From the NCBI GenBank assembly GCA_038087875.1, contig CM075999.1:2730001-2794000 (forward strand): a stretch of 64,000 bases of DNA, written 5' to 3'. The notes under the pieces are model-generated. The model was not told the DNA's origin, ran no database searches, and saw only the letters and a list, made by a program, of their open reading frames with translations. Position numbers and translations under genes: made by a program. This stretch comes from Malacoraja senta. Taxonomy: Eukaryota. How positions within the stretch are numbered: the stretch's first letter is position 1; each line of letters begins with the position of its first letter. Of the stretch, positions 11,680 to 23,774 are shown one piece after another.

Positions 11680-12440
11680 ATAGTAATAGTAATAGTAATA
11701 GTAACTTTATTGTCAATTCAAATAATGCAACAAGTAGTTACACAGAGGATTGAAATTGTGTTTCCCCATACTCCAATGTGCACGTAATATTTATAACACA
11801 GACAGACAATATACCAATAAAAATAGACAATGGACATATACATTATATAAAATATTCAATAATAAAAGGTGCAATATAGAAAACTGCAAGTAGCATACTG
11901 CAGACATTGAGTTAAAGTTAATTTGACAGTCAGTTGGTCTTTGTTTGTGTAATGTTCATGGAATTTTCTTGAGTGTGTTGAGTAGTCTGATGGCCTGAGG
12001 GAAAAGCTGTTTTTGAATCTTGTGGTTTGCTCCGCATGCTGCGGTAGCGCTTGCCGGATGGTAGGAGGGTGAACAGTTTGTGTGCTGGGTGGGTGGTGTC
12101 TTTGATGATATTGGTTGCTCTCTTGCGACAGCGAGATGGGTATAAGTCCTGGATTGCTGGTTGGGGTGATCTAGTGATCTTCTCCGCTGTCCTCACCACT
12201 CTCTGTAGGGCCTTCTGGTCAGCAGCAGAGCAACTGCCATACCAGACTGAGAGACTGCTGGTAAGAATGCTCTCAATGGCACCCCTGTAAAAAGTTGTGA
12301 GGGCAGAAGGGGGGAGGTCGGCTCTCCTCATCCGTCGAAGGAAGTGGAGGCGTTGCTGTGCTTTCTTGACTAGGGAGATGGTGTTGGTGGACCATGTCTG
12401 ATCATCTGTGATGTGTACTCCCAGGAACTTGGTGCTTTTC
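11680..12440 (-). mobile_element. Rex1/Babar-like LINE 3' fragment
   Basis: ORF 11930-12442 (-) KFLGVHITDD.TW..N...LVKKAQQRLHFLRR...IESILT....VWYGSC...HPAHKLFTLLPSGKRYRS is the typical Rex1/Babar post-RT region; (ATAGTA)n tail at 11680-11704. Confidence 0.85.
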
Positions 12441-12547
12441 ACACCCAGGTTTCATTGCATCTCCCCTTTTCCTAATCGGCCCGCCATTCAGATAATAGTC
12501 TACTTCCTGTTCTGTATCTGTAATCTGTATCTGACCCAAGTTTCACT

Positions 12548-13330
12548 GACAATGGGAGATGGAATTTAATACAGAGAAGTGTGAGGTGTTGCATTTTGGG
12601 TCGTCGAACAAGGGCAGGACCTACACAGTAGATGCTAGGCCTCTGGGTAGTGTTGTAGAGCAGAGGGATCTAGGAGTACAGGCGCATGGTTCCTTGAAGG
12701 TCGAGTCGCAGGTAGATAAGGTGGTCAAAAAGACTTTTGGCACTTTGGCCTTCATCAGTCAGAGTATTGAGTATAGAAGTTGGGACATCATGTTGCAGTT
12801 GTATGAGAGCCAGCACATCATTCCTCAGATATGGTGCCCAAAATTGTTCAAAGCATTCCAAATGAGGCCTTACCAGCAACTTATGGAGCCTCAACATTAC
12901 ATCCCTGTTTTGGTATTCAAGCCCTCTTGAAATAAATGCTAGCATTAAGTTTGCTTTCTTTACTAGCGATTGGACCTGCTAATTGACTCTTTGGGAATTC
13001 TGCACCAACATTCCCAAGTCCCTTTGCACCCCTGATTTCTGGATTCTCACCCCATTTATTCCTGCTACCAAAATGCACGACTCCACACTTTGCTACACTA
13101 TATTGCATCTGCCACTTCTCTGCCCACTCTCCCAACCTGTCCAAGTCCTTCTGCAGAGTCCCTGCTTTCTTTACACTACCTGCCCCTCCACCTATTTTCG
13201 TATCAGATCCGCAAACATTGCAACAGAGCCATCAATCCCCTCGTCCAAATCATTAATATACAACGTGAAGAGTAGCGGCCCCAGCACCGAGCCCTGCGGA
13301 ACACCGCTAGTCACTGGCAGCCAACCTGAC
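12548..13330. mobile_element. Two degraded CR1 RT fragments in opposite orientation (+ ~12548-12805, - ~12806-13330)
   Basis: MEFNTEKCEVLHFG...EQRDLGV on +; [22 protein letters not shown] and LVRPHLE on -. Confidence 0.8.
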
Positions 13331-14664
13331 TAGGTGGACACAACTAGGAAAACAAAGGTAGACGCAACAAAGGTAGACAAAAGGTGCTGGAGTAACTCAC
13401 TGGGACAGGCGACATCTCTGGAGGAAAGGAATAGGTGACGTTTCAAGTCGGAACGCTTCTTCAGACCCTGACTCTGGTTCTGAAGAAGGGTTCCGACCTG
13501 AAATGTCATCCATTTCTGCAGAGATGCTGCCTGTCCCACTGAGTTACTCCAGCACCTGCAGCAGCATAAAACAACAGCCAGAAAGTCCGAGCTTTGTTTT
13601 TGAACCCACAGTTCATTAAGCTCTAAAATCCTAACCTTCCATCTACCTCATTGGAAACCTTCAGACTAGCTTTAATTAGACTTTGCTGCACTTTACCTTG
13701 CACTAAATGTTATACCATTTATCAATAGACAATAGACAATAGGTGCAGGAGTAGGCCATTCGGCCCTTCGAGCCAGCACCGCCATTCAATGCAATCATGG
13801 CTGATCATCCTCAATCAGTACCCCGTTCCTGCCTTCTCCCCCTATATCCCCTGACTCCGCTATTTTTAAGAGCCCTATCTAGCTCTCTCTTGAAAGCATC
13901 CAGAGAACCAGCCTCCGAGGCAGAGAATTCCACAGACTCACCAGTCTCTGTGAGAAAAAGTGTTTCCTCGTCTCCGTTCTAAATGGCTTACTCCTTATTC
14001 TTAAACTGTGGCCCCAGGTTCTGGCCTCCCCCAACATCTGATCTGTTTTGTAGTCAATGTCTACTATGTTCTGTGTGCTGAAGCAAAGCAAGAATTTAAT
14101 TGTCCTATCAGGGACACATGACAATAAACTCACTTGACTTGACATCGGGAACATGTTTCCTGCCTACAGGATACCATTTATCCTGTATCTATACACTGTG
14201 GACAGCTCGACTGTAATTATCTATTGTCTTTCCGCTGACTGGATAGCTAGCACACATCAAAAAAGTTTTTCACTGGACCTCGGTACACGAGACAATAAAT
14301 TAAACTAAACAGTGGCACAGCTGGTAGAGCTGCTGCCTCACAGCGCCAGAGATCCAGGTTCGATCCTGACCTCGGTTGCTGTTTGTGTGTGGGGTCTGCA
14401 AGTTCTCCCTGTGACCTGCGTGGGTTTCCTCCGGGTGCTCCGGTTTCCTCCCACAACCCAATGACGTGCGGGTTTGTAGGTTAAATGGTCCTCTGTAGAT
14501 TGCCCCCTAGTGTGTCGGGAGTGGATGAGAAAGTGGGAATAACACAGAACTACCACAAACGGGTGATCGATGGTCGCTGATGACTCGGTGGGATGAAGGG
14601 CCTGTTTCCGTGCTTTATCTCTCTAAACTAATATCAAAATCTCAGTCATCCATCACCAAAATCA

Positions 14665-15042
14665 GCATTAACCAACCTGACCTCCCGGTGGCTCAGCGCT
14701 TCAACTCCCCCTCCCATTCTCAATCCGACCTCTCTGTCCTGGGCCTCCTCCATGGCCAGAGTGAGCACCACCGGAAATTGGAGGAACAACATCTCATATT
14801 CCACTTGGGCAGTCTGCACCCTAGTGGCATAAACATTGAAGTCTCCCATTTCCGGTAGCCCTTCCTGTCTCCTCCCCTTCTCAGCTCTCCCTCAGCCCTT
14901 GGGCTCCTTCCTTTTTCCTTTCTTCTCCCCGCCCCCACCCTCCATCAGTCTGAAGAAGGGTTTCGGCCCGAAACGTTGCCTATTTCCTTCGCTCCATAGA
15001 TGCTGCTGCACCCGCTGAGTTTCTCCAGCATTTTTGTCTACC
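14665..15042 (+). mobile_element. Penelope-like retroelement 3' remnant (GIY-YIG endonuclease C-terminus plus terminal repeat); copy B at ~35750-36130
   Basis: Translation NQPDLPVAQRFNSPSHSQSDLSVLGLLH...RKLEEQHLIFHLGSLHPSGINIE, then a pyrimidine tract and CTGAAGAAGGGTTTCGGCCCGAAACGTT at 14950. Confidence 0.8.
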
Positions 15043-16509
15043 AAAATCTGGAGTCAGATTGTCAATGGAAATTGGGCAAGACTTCAAATACATTGCTTCT
15101 TGAATGCCAGCATTGATTAAAATTATCCTCCTGGTCCTGCATCGAGACATGTCCTGGAATGGAATGCTGAACAAGATGTCAAGTGACGAGCCCTAAGCTG
15201 TATCGACTCACATGGCTTAACTTGAACATGGTCCTGTCATCAGTTATGAAAACAGAGAGTGCTGGATATATTCAGCAGAAGAGGCAGCATCTGTGGAGAG
15301 AGAAACAGAGTCAGTGTCTCGGATGGAACACCTACCTGCTCAATATTTGCAACATTAATTATTTTCACAATCTTGTGGGCGGCACGTTGGCGCAGCGGAA
15401 GGGTTGCTGCCTCACAGCGCCAGAGACCCGGGTTCGGTCCTGACTACGGGTGCTGTCTGTACGGAGTTTGCACCTTCTCCCTGTGACCGCGTGGGTTTTC
15501 TCCGGGTGCTCCGGTTTCCTCCCACACTCCAAAGCCGTACAGGTTAATTTGGCTTCCGTAAATTGCAAATTGTCCCGATCGCCTCGGATAGTGTTAGCAT
15601 ACAGGGATCGCTGGTCAGCACGGACTGAGTGGGCCGAAGGGCCTGTTTCCATGCTATATCTCTAAACTAAACTATGAACTAAACCAAATTAAACTTGGCA
15701 CCTCTCTGTACTTGGCCCTGATGAATATGCAATATTCATCTCATTAAAATGGACATTACAGTAAAAATGTGCTTTTCATCTTATAATGTTTAGTGTTTTT
15801 ACGTGTCATTCCTAACTGTCACTGTATGTCGTTGTCACTTGCGGGCGGAGCACCAAGGCAAATTCCTTGTATGTGAATACTTGGCCAATAAACTTATTCA
15901 CTCATTCATCTGAAGTTTCTGAATTTTATTTATGATATTCACCATTTTCCTATGTGGCATGTGCATGATGTGTCCATAATTAACTCACTCTAAATATTAC
16001 TCACAAATGTTTGAACATCGTCCAGTTATTTAGTGTTTATTGCACTCTTACTCTCTATGAAGTTGTTGCAAATCTATAAATCACGGTCTGTAACCACAGC
16101 CCTGCATTCCCTGTCAATGTTCATGTCTCCTATCCTATAAGGACCGACTGTTCCTGGATGGGCCCCAACAGAAACTAATTATCACCTGTAAGTCTGGACA
16201 TTTACTGGTTTAGATTTTGAAGTAGCAACAAGATCAGCAAAACTCGCCTCCTCCAACTTCATTGCTCGGAGAAGGTCATTAATTCATAAGTGATAGGAGC
16301 AGAATTAGGCCACTCGGCCCATCAAGTCTACTCCGCCATTCAATCATGGCTGATCTACCTCTCCCTCTCAACCCCATTCTCCTGCCTTCTCCCCATAACC
16401 CCCGACACCCGTACTAATCAAGAATCTGTCAATCTCCGCCTTAAAAATATCCATTGACTAGGCCTCCACAGCTGTCTGTGGCAATGAGTCCCACAGATTC
16501 ACCACCCTC

Positions 16510-16920
16510 TTTGTCTACAAAGCCCTCAATGGGCTTGCCCCCACCTACATAAAAGGTCTTCTCACCCACCACTCCACCTCCAGGCCTCTCAGATCGGCCG
16601 ACTTGGGGTTGCTGAATATCCCACGGTCTAGGCATAAGCTCAGGGGCGACCGCACCTTTGCGGTTGCAGCCCCTAGACTGTGGAACAGCATCCCCTTTCC
16701 CATTAGAACTGCCCCCTCCATCGACTCTTTTAAGTGAAGACTAAAAACTTATCTATACTCCCAAGCCTTTCCTGACGTCCTCTGAGTGAGGGCTACATGT
16801 ATATATGTATGTAGTTTGTTTTGTTTATGCTATTCTTATAACAAATGTAAATCACTTTGGCCAACGAGAGTTGTTTTTTAAATGTGCTATATAAATAAAT
16901 GTGACTTGACTTGGCTTGAC
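16510..16920 (+). mobile_element. L2-clade LINE 3' fragment inserted in a CR1 tail; copy B at ~37600-38008
   Basis: My translation VYKALNGLAPTYI...RPLRSAD.GLLNIPRSRHKLRGDRTFAVAAPRLWNSIP...FK*RLKTYLY; (GACTT)n tail; flanking CR1 sequence resumes after it. Confidence 0.8.
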
Positions 16921-19039
16921 TCTGGCTAAAGAAACTGACTGAGAAACTGACTACAGCATGAGGATATGAGACAGAGTCCTGGGACCTTTTGTATCAAGCT
17001 AAGAGCAGGATTAGAAACACATCTTCAGTCTGAGGAAGGGTCCCGACCCAAAACGTCACTTGTTCCTTTTCCCCCAGAGATGCTGCCTGACCCGCTGAGT
17101 TGATCCAGCATTTTGTGTCTATCCACCTATCACTAGCCAGGCTTTGACCCACTTCCAAAGATAGACACAAAATGCTGGAGTAACTCAGCGGGACAGGCAG
17201 CATCGCTGGAGAGAAAGAATGGGTGCTGTTCCTCTGCCTCTCTTTACCAGCTTTCTCTCCTCCCCCCACCCACCCCACCCCCCCACCCCTTACTGCAATA
17301 GAGTCTGTAGAAGGTCCTGAGCCAAAACATCACCTGTCCATCCCCTCCACAGATGCTGCCAGATCTTTTGAGTTACTCCAGCACTTTGTATTTAACTCTA
17401 GATTCCCAACATCTGCAGTTCCTTGTATCGACATTTATAAATGCCGACTGCAAACTAAAGGATTGGATTTACTGAGATCGTTATTTACAATCAACATAAA
17501 AGGTGCTTCACAAGGATTTATTTTGAACATGTACATAACGAGCAGGAATCTCTCCCGATACCATTCTAAAACCTGATGAAATTGCAATTTATTTCTGTAA
17601 GAATTTGTGCTTTTTTGGGCAGCATTGTTTTTGTTAAGGTAGACAAAAATGCTGGAGAAACTCAGCGGGTGAGGCAGCATCTATAGAGCAAAGGAAATAG
17701 GCATTTTTTCAGGCCAAAATGCTTCTTCAGACCATATATTTTAAAATCAAATTACTATCTTTTGGTAATTTCACATATTTGATAAATAAACTAAATATTG
17801 TGTCTGAAGATGGGTCGCGACCTGAAACCACCTATCCTTTTCTCCCCAGAAATGCTGCCTGACCCGTTGAGTTTCGTTTAGTTTAGAGATACTGTGCGGA
17901 AACAGGCCCTTCGGCCCACCGAGTCCGCGCCGACCAGCGATCCCCGCACACTAACACTATCCGACACACACTTGGGACAATTTACAATTTTACCGAAGTC
18001 TAATAACCTACAAACCTGTACGTCTTTGGAGCGTGGGAGGAAACCGGAGCACCCGGAGAAGACCCACGCGGTCGCAGGGAGAAGGTACAAACTCCATACA
18101 GACGGCACCCGTAGCCAGGATCGAACCCGGGTCTCTGGTGCTGTGAGGCAGTAACTCAACCATTGCAAATTATTCATCCATTCAGGGCTCTTTTCTTTTT
18201 CACTTAAATTTTTATTGATTTTTCAGAGATGTATACAAACCAGTGCAACACCATCACCATAAATAAAACAAAATAAGAAAAACAGCAATCAAAATAAAAA
18301 AAATAAGTAGATAGGGTGAAAAAACGAAGTAAATAAATAAAAAATTGGAATAAGACCGTGTGGTTCACTTACCAAATTAAAAAAGAAAAAACATTACATT
18401 GATTAGTTATCTGGTTTCTGATGTCATGGACAGCACAGAAAGAGGCCCTTCGGCCCAATTCGTCCATGCCAACCAAGATGCCCCAATTAATTTAGTCCCA
18501 TTTGCTTGCGTTTATAGAGCCATAGGAGTATGGATAGATTGTATAAAACAACATGGCAGGACACAAAGTGCTGGAGTAACTCAGCGGGTCAGACAGCATC
18601 TCCGGAGAACATGGATAGGTGACGTTTTGGGTCGAGACCTTTCTTTCTTCAGATAGAACATGTTGCACTTGCCTCATCACAGGTATCTTCAAACAAAACA
18701 CACACCAAACTCACAGCACGGGGTGAGACCGGCACGGTGGCGCAGCGGTAGAGTTGCTGCCTCACAGCGCCAGAGACCCGGGTTCGATCCTGACTACGGG
18801 TGCCGTCTGTACGGAGTTTGTACGTTCTTCCCGTGATCATGTGGGTTTTCTCCGGATGCTCCGGTTTCCTCCCACACTCCAAAGACGTACAGGTTTGTAG
18901 GTTAATTGGCTTTTGTAAAATTGTAAAATTATTCCTAGTGTGGATAGGACAGTGTTGGTGTGCGGGGATCGGCGTGGACTCACTGGGCCGATATAGTTGT
19001 AAAGTTGTCCCTAGTATCACTAAACTAATCTAAACTAAA

Positions 19040-19112
19040 TACATGTACACGTATACACACACACACACTGAAACAAACACGTGTTTGCACATATATACAC
19101 GCACACACGCAC

Positions 19113-19145
<33 letters not shown>

Positions 19146-19188
19146 CACACACATACACACACACACACACACACACATACACACACAA

Positions 19189-19243
<55 letters not shown>

Positions 19244-19500
19244 TACACACACACATATACACAGGCACACACATACACACACATACACACACATGCACGC
19301 ATGTACACATAATACACACACGCACACACATACACACACATGTACACACACATATACCCACGCACACACATACACACCCATGCACACACATACACACATG
19401 CACACACATACACACACATGTACACGTGTACACCCACACACACACACATACACACACATGTACACACACACACACACACATACACACACACACATGTACA
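19040..19500. repeat. Imperfect (CA)n microsatellite; copy B at 40130-40598
   Basis: Long CA run with CATA/CATG interruptions; copy B is 8 bp longer. Confidence 0.97.
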
Positions 19501-20607
19501 CGGGGCTGAAGTGCCTGTCTACATTGCTGTATCTGGCTTTGACTCCATGAAGTTTACTGTAGTCCATACAAAGTAAGTTGGAGCAGTTAATACGTGCCAA
19601 CTTGCCTTAGATCCCACAATGTGATGAAACTCTCATGCTGCTAACCATTGATTGAATGTATTGGATTATTTTTGACCCGGGTGTGTTGTGATCTGTTTTA
19701 GGCTGGATTACCACTTCACAAAAGTCTGTCAGCACCCTAACTCGTGTCCTAGTTTGGTCACCTTGCGGGTAAACAGCCCTTCTGAAAAATCGGTGCTGGC
19801 AGTGCAGACAAACGGTCAGAGGCAGCTGTTAGAGCCTCTGGCTGTAAGTTGAAGCAATTAATATATTTACTGTCATTGCAAATGCTCCAGCAAACCTGGA
19901 AAGATTCTGCAGGTCTGACTGACTGCTGGCAGCTGTACTTCACATCCCCACCAGACTCATCTATAAAATTATCATTGCCTGTCTCAAAGAAGCCATTGTA
20001 CTCATCGACTGAGTACCTCGGCTCCAGGGCGGCATGGTAGAGTTAGTTCAGCTTAGTTTATTGCCACGTGCACCGAGGTACACTGTTAGAGGTGGTAGCC
20101 AATTAACCTGCAAACCTGGAGTGTGGGAGGAAACCTGAGCACCCGGAGAAAACCCACGCAGGTCCACGGGGAGAACGTACAAACTCCGTACAGACAGCAC
20201 CCGTAGTCAGGATCGAACCCGGGTCTCCGGCGCTGTGAGGCAGCAACTCTACCGCTGCGCCCTGGACAAGTGTGGTGGCATCGCAATAACCTCTAGATCG
20301 CTGAGGCAGCACGGTGGCGCAGCGGTAGAGTTGCTGCCTCGCAGCGCCAGAGACCCGAGTTGACCCAATCAAGGGGGGTGATTGGAGGGGTGGGGGGGGG
20401 GACGAGGGGCGGGCCTGGTTCACCACTGTGAACAGAAGATAAAACTGTTCGATGAACTTGTTTCAACCTTTTCGGTGTCAGAAACGTGGCGACTCTTGTG
20501 TACTGCCGAGGTGATGAGTGCTGCGTGATTTTTACCAGCTTGTACGAAAAACACAGCATTTCACTGTACTTAGGTACATGGGACAATAAAATATCATTGA
20601 ATCATTG

Positions 20608-20955
20608 AGGAGCGTTTGACGGCACTGGGCCTGTACTCACTCGGGTTTAGAAGGATGAGGGGACACCTCATTGAAACGTACCGAATAGTGAAAGGCCTGG
20701 ACAGAGTGGATGTGGAGAGGATGCTTCCACTAGAGGGAGAGTCTAGGACTAGAGGTCACAGCCTCAGAATTAAAGGACGTTCCTTTAGGAAGGAGATGAG
20801 GAGGAATTTATTTAGCCAGAGGATGGTGAATCTGTGGAATTTATTGGTGAATCTGTGGAATTCATTGCCACAGACAGCTGCGGAGGCTAAGTCTTTGGGA
20901 GTTAAGTGTTTAAGTATTTTTAAAGCGAAGATTGACAGATTCCCGATTAGTAAGG
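20608..20955 (+). mobile_element. CR1 ORF2 C-terminal fragment; copy B at ~41707-42055
   Basis: ORF 20616: LGLYSL.FRRMRGHLIETYRIVKGLDRVD...RMVNLWN, with an internal 21-bp duplication. Confidence 0.85.
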
Positions 20956-21574
20956 TTGCCAGGTTAATTGGCTTGGTATAAGTGTAACTTGTCCCTCGTG
21001 TGTGTAAGATGGTTTTAATGTACGGGGATCGCTGGTCGGTGTGGACTCAGTGCGACGAAGGGTCTGTTTCTGCGTTGTATCTCTAACACTAAAACTTCAG
21101 CCCACCAAGTCCGCACCAACTATCGATCACCTGCTCTATGTTATCCCACTTTCTCATCCACTCCCTGGGCAATTCACAGAGGGCCAATTAACCGACAAAC
21201 CCGTAATGTGTTTGGGACGTGGGAGGAAACCGGAGCCACAGGGAGGAAACCCACGCGGTCACGGGGAGGACGCGCAAACTCCACATAGACAGCACCCGAG
21301 GTCAGGATCGAACCCGGGTCTCTGGCGCTGTGAGGCAGCAACTCTACCCAATCTCCACCACTCTGCCACCCGGAGCTGCTGCAGAGTCCCATGTCACTGA
21401 GTTGTACAGCACGCAAGCTGGCGCTTCGGCCCATCAAATCAATGCTGCCCCTTTTGCCTATCCACACTAATCCCCGTTTAAGAACCCACCTTGTGTCTCC
21501 CGTGCGACCAGTGTGGTCGTTTCTGAACCACCCTCCAGCCTTGTGCCCTCAGGGATGCTCTATCCATGCTAGCA

Positions 21575-22150
21575 GATAGAGAAAAAGTACTGGGGCAACT
21601 CAGCGGGTCAGGCGGCATCTCTGGAGAAAAGGAATAGGTGACGTTTCGTGTCGAGACCCTTCTTCAGACTGAGCGTCAGGGATGAGGGAAACTAGAGGTA
21701 TGAAAAGGTACAAAGGACAAAGCAGAGCATGACTCGGGAAAGGTGGAGCCCACAATGGTCCATTGTTGGCTGTGGATGAGATGTTAACCAAGGGATACAA
21801 ACAGGGAAACTAACAAGATGACCAGGGTGGAGAGAGAGGGAAAGCAAGGGGCTACTTGAAGTTAGAGAAATCAATGTTCATACCGCTGGGGTGTAAGCTG
21901 CCCGATCGAATGATGAAGGTGCTGTTCCTCCAATTTGCATTTGGCCTCGCTCTGACAGTGGAGGAGGCCCAGGACAGAGAGGTCAGTGTGGGAATGGGAG
22001 GGGCAGTTAAAGTGTTTGGCAACCGGGAGATCAGGTAGGCCAAGGCGGACTGAGCATAGGTGTTCAGCGAAAAGATCGTCCAGTGTGCGCTTGGTCTCAC
22101 CGACGCATCTACACCAGCCTTGGTACTGACATCTACACCCCACGAACCAT
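21575..22150 (-). mobile_element. Penelope-like element remnant (GIY-YIG C-terminus plus terminal repeat); copy B at ~42675-43250
   Basis: Minus-strand VGETKRTLDDLFAEHLCSVR....DLPVAKHFN.PSHSHTDLSVLGLLHCQSEAKCKLEEQH, then GSLHPSGMNIDFSNFK after a frameshift, then the hammerhead-like repeat at ~21641-21668 (-). Confidence 0.8.
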
Positions 22151-23462
22151 TAAAAGTAAGGCAGGTTCAGCTGGAATTACCCCAAGATAACACCAACACG
22201 GAACTCCATTCTGTGAATAAATATTCTGTGAATATCTCACATTTCTTACAACCCAGCCGTATGTGTTTTGATTTCGCTAACATCAAGTAACCCTTGCATC
22301 CCCTCTCTCTCTGTCCCACCCCCATCCTGGTCACTGTTCCTAGTTTCAATGTTGTCCTGGTGAGTTTCATTGTCTGTAACTCGTTTTCACCTAGCCCACA
22401 TAACTATGGCCTGTTTCCTTTATCAGCGCTATTTTTTGCACATCTTTTCTTCCTTTGTCGTATATCTCTCCATATCACCCAAATGGGTGTCGGAGGTTAT
22501 GGGGAGAAGGCAGGAGAGTGGAGTTAGCAGGGAGAGATAGATCAGCCATGATTGAATGGCGGAGTAGACTTGAGAGGCCGCATGGCCCAATTCTGCTCCT
22601 ATCACATGATCTTATGATCACCGTCTATATCCCTTGTTTCCCTTTCAATAGACAATAGGTGCAGGAGTAGGCCATTCGGCCCTTCGAGCCAGCACCGCCA
22701 TTCAATGTGATCATGGCTGATCATCCCCAATCAGTACCCCTTTCCTGCCTTCTCCCCATATCCCCTGACTCCGCTATCTTTAAGAGCTCTATCTAACTCC
22801 CTCTTCTTCTTCTTGCGTATGGCGTGCACAGCCTAAAGTTGTAGGACAACTTGTTCTATTTGATCTTATTTGATTGTGCATTTGATTGCATTTGTCGAAA
22901 CAGGGCGGACCAGGTGAAGGTTGCAATCTCCCACCCCTAGCTCTCTCTTGAAAGTATCCAGAGAACCGGCCTCCACCGCCCTCTGAGGCGGGGAAATCCC
23001 ACAGACTCGTGACTCTCCCCCGACTCTCAGTCTGAACGAGGGTGGCGGCCCGAAACGTCGCCCATTCTCTCTCTCCAGAGATGCCGCCTGACCCGCTGAG
23101 TCTATCTTCAAACAAGCTTTGTCGCCTTCATCTGCCTTCCATTGAATCACGCTGTCTTTTAAAATAAAGAACCAAAACATGAGACTAAAAGACAACACAC
23201 ATTTGGTAGTAACTTGATACAGTTCATCTGGAATGGGAAAGATTTTTGCTGCCAGGAGTCTCGAGAACAATTTACAGGACTGCAGATATGCAAACGTTGT
23301 GCTGGGGTGCAGGAACTGATAAATTAGTTGTGTGTGCATCCCAGTTCCCAAAGCTTGCTATAAAAACAATAAACTGTTGTAGAGGCAAGTCGTTACGTAA
23401 GTTTTATTACTTTAACATTTACTCATCATTGATGGGTGAAACAGTGAAAGCATTTTCAAAGT

Positions 23463-23774
23463 GTTTAAGAAGGACCTGCAGATGCTGGAAAATCGAAGGT
23501 AGACAAAAGTGCTGGAGAAACTCAGCGGGTGCGGCAGCATCTATGGAGCGAAGGAAATAGGCAACGTTTCGGGCCGAAACCCTTAAGGAAATAGGCAACG
23601 TTTCGGGCCGAAACCCTTAAGGAAATAGGCAACGTTTTGGGCCGAAACCCTTAAGGAAATAGGCAACGTTTCGGGCCGAAACCCTTTAAGGGTTTCGGCC
23701 CGAAACGTTGCCTATTTCCTTCGCTCCATAGATGCTGCTGCACCCGCTGAGTTTCTCCAGCACTTTTGTCTACC
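23463..23774. mobile_element. Inverted pair of Penelope-type terminal repeats flanked by a 16-bp direct repeat; copy B at ~44564-44875
   Basis: AAAGCATTTTCAAAGT at 23447-23462 and 23775-23790; ~88-bp inverted arms around four 34-bp tandem units. Confidence 0.75.

Noticed and set aside
19025..19600. Cys/Val- and His/Thr-rich ORFs (also 40115-40698)
   Set aside because: Translations of the (CA)n microsatellite.
23551..23720. 34-bp partly palindromic repeats superficially like a CRISPR array (also the 66-bp arrays)
   Set aside because: No unique spacers, no cas genes, eukaryotic retroelement context.
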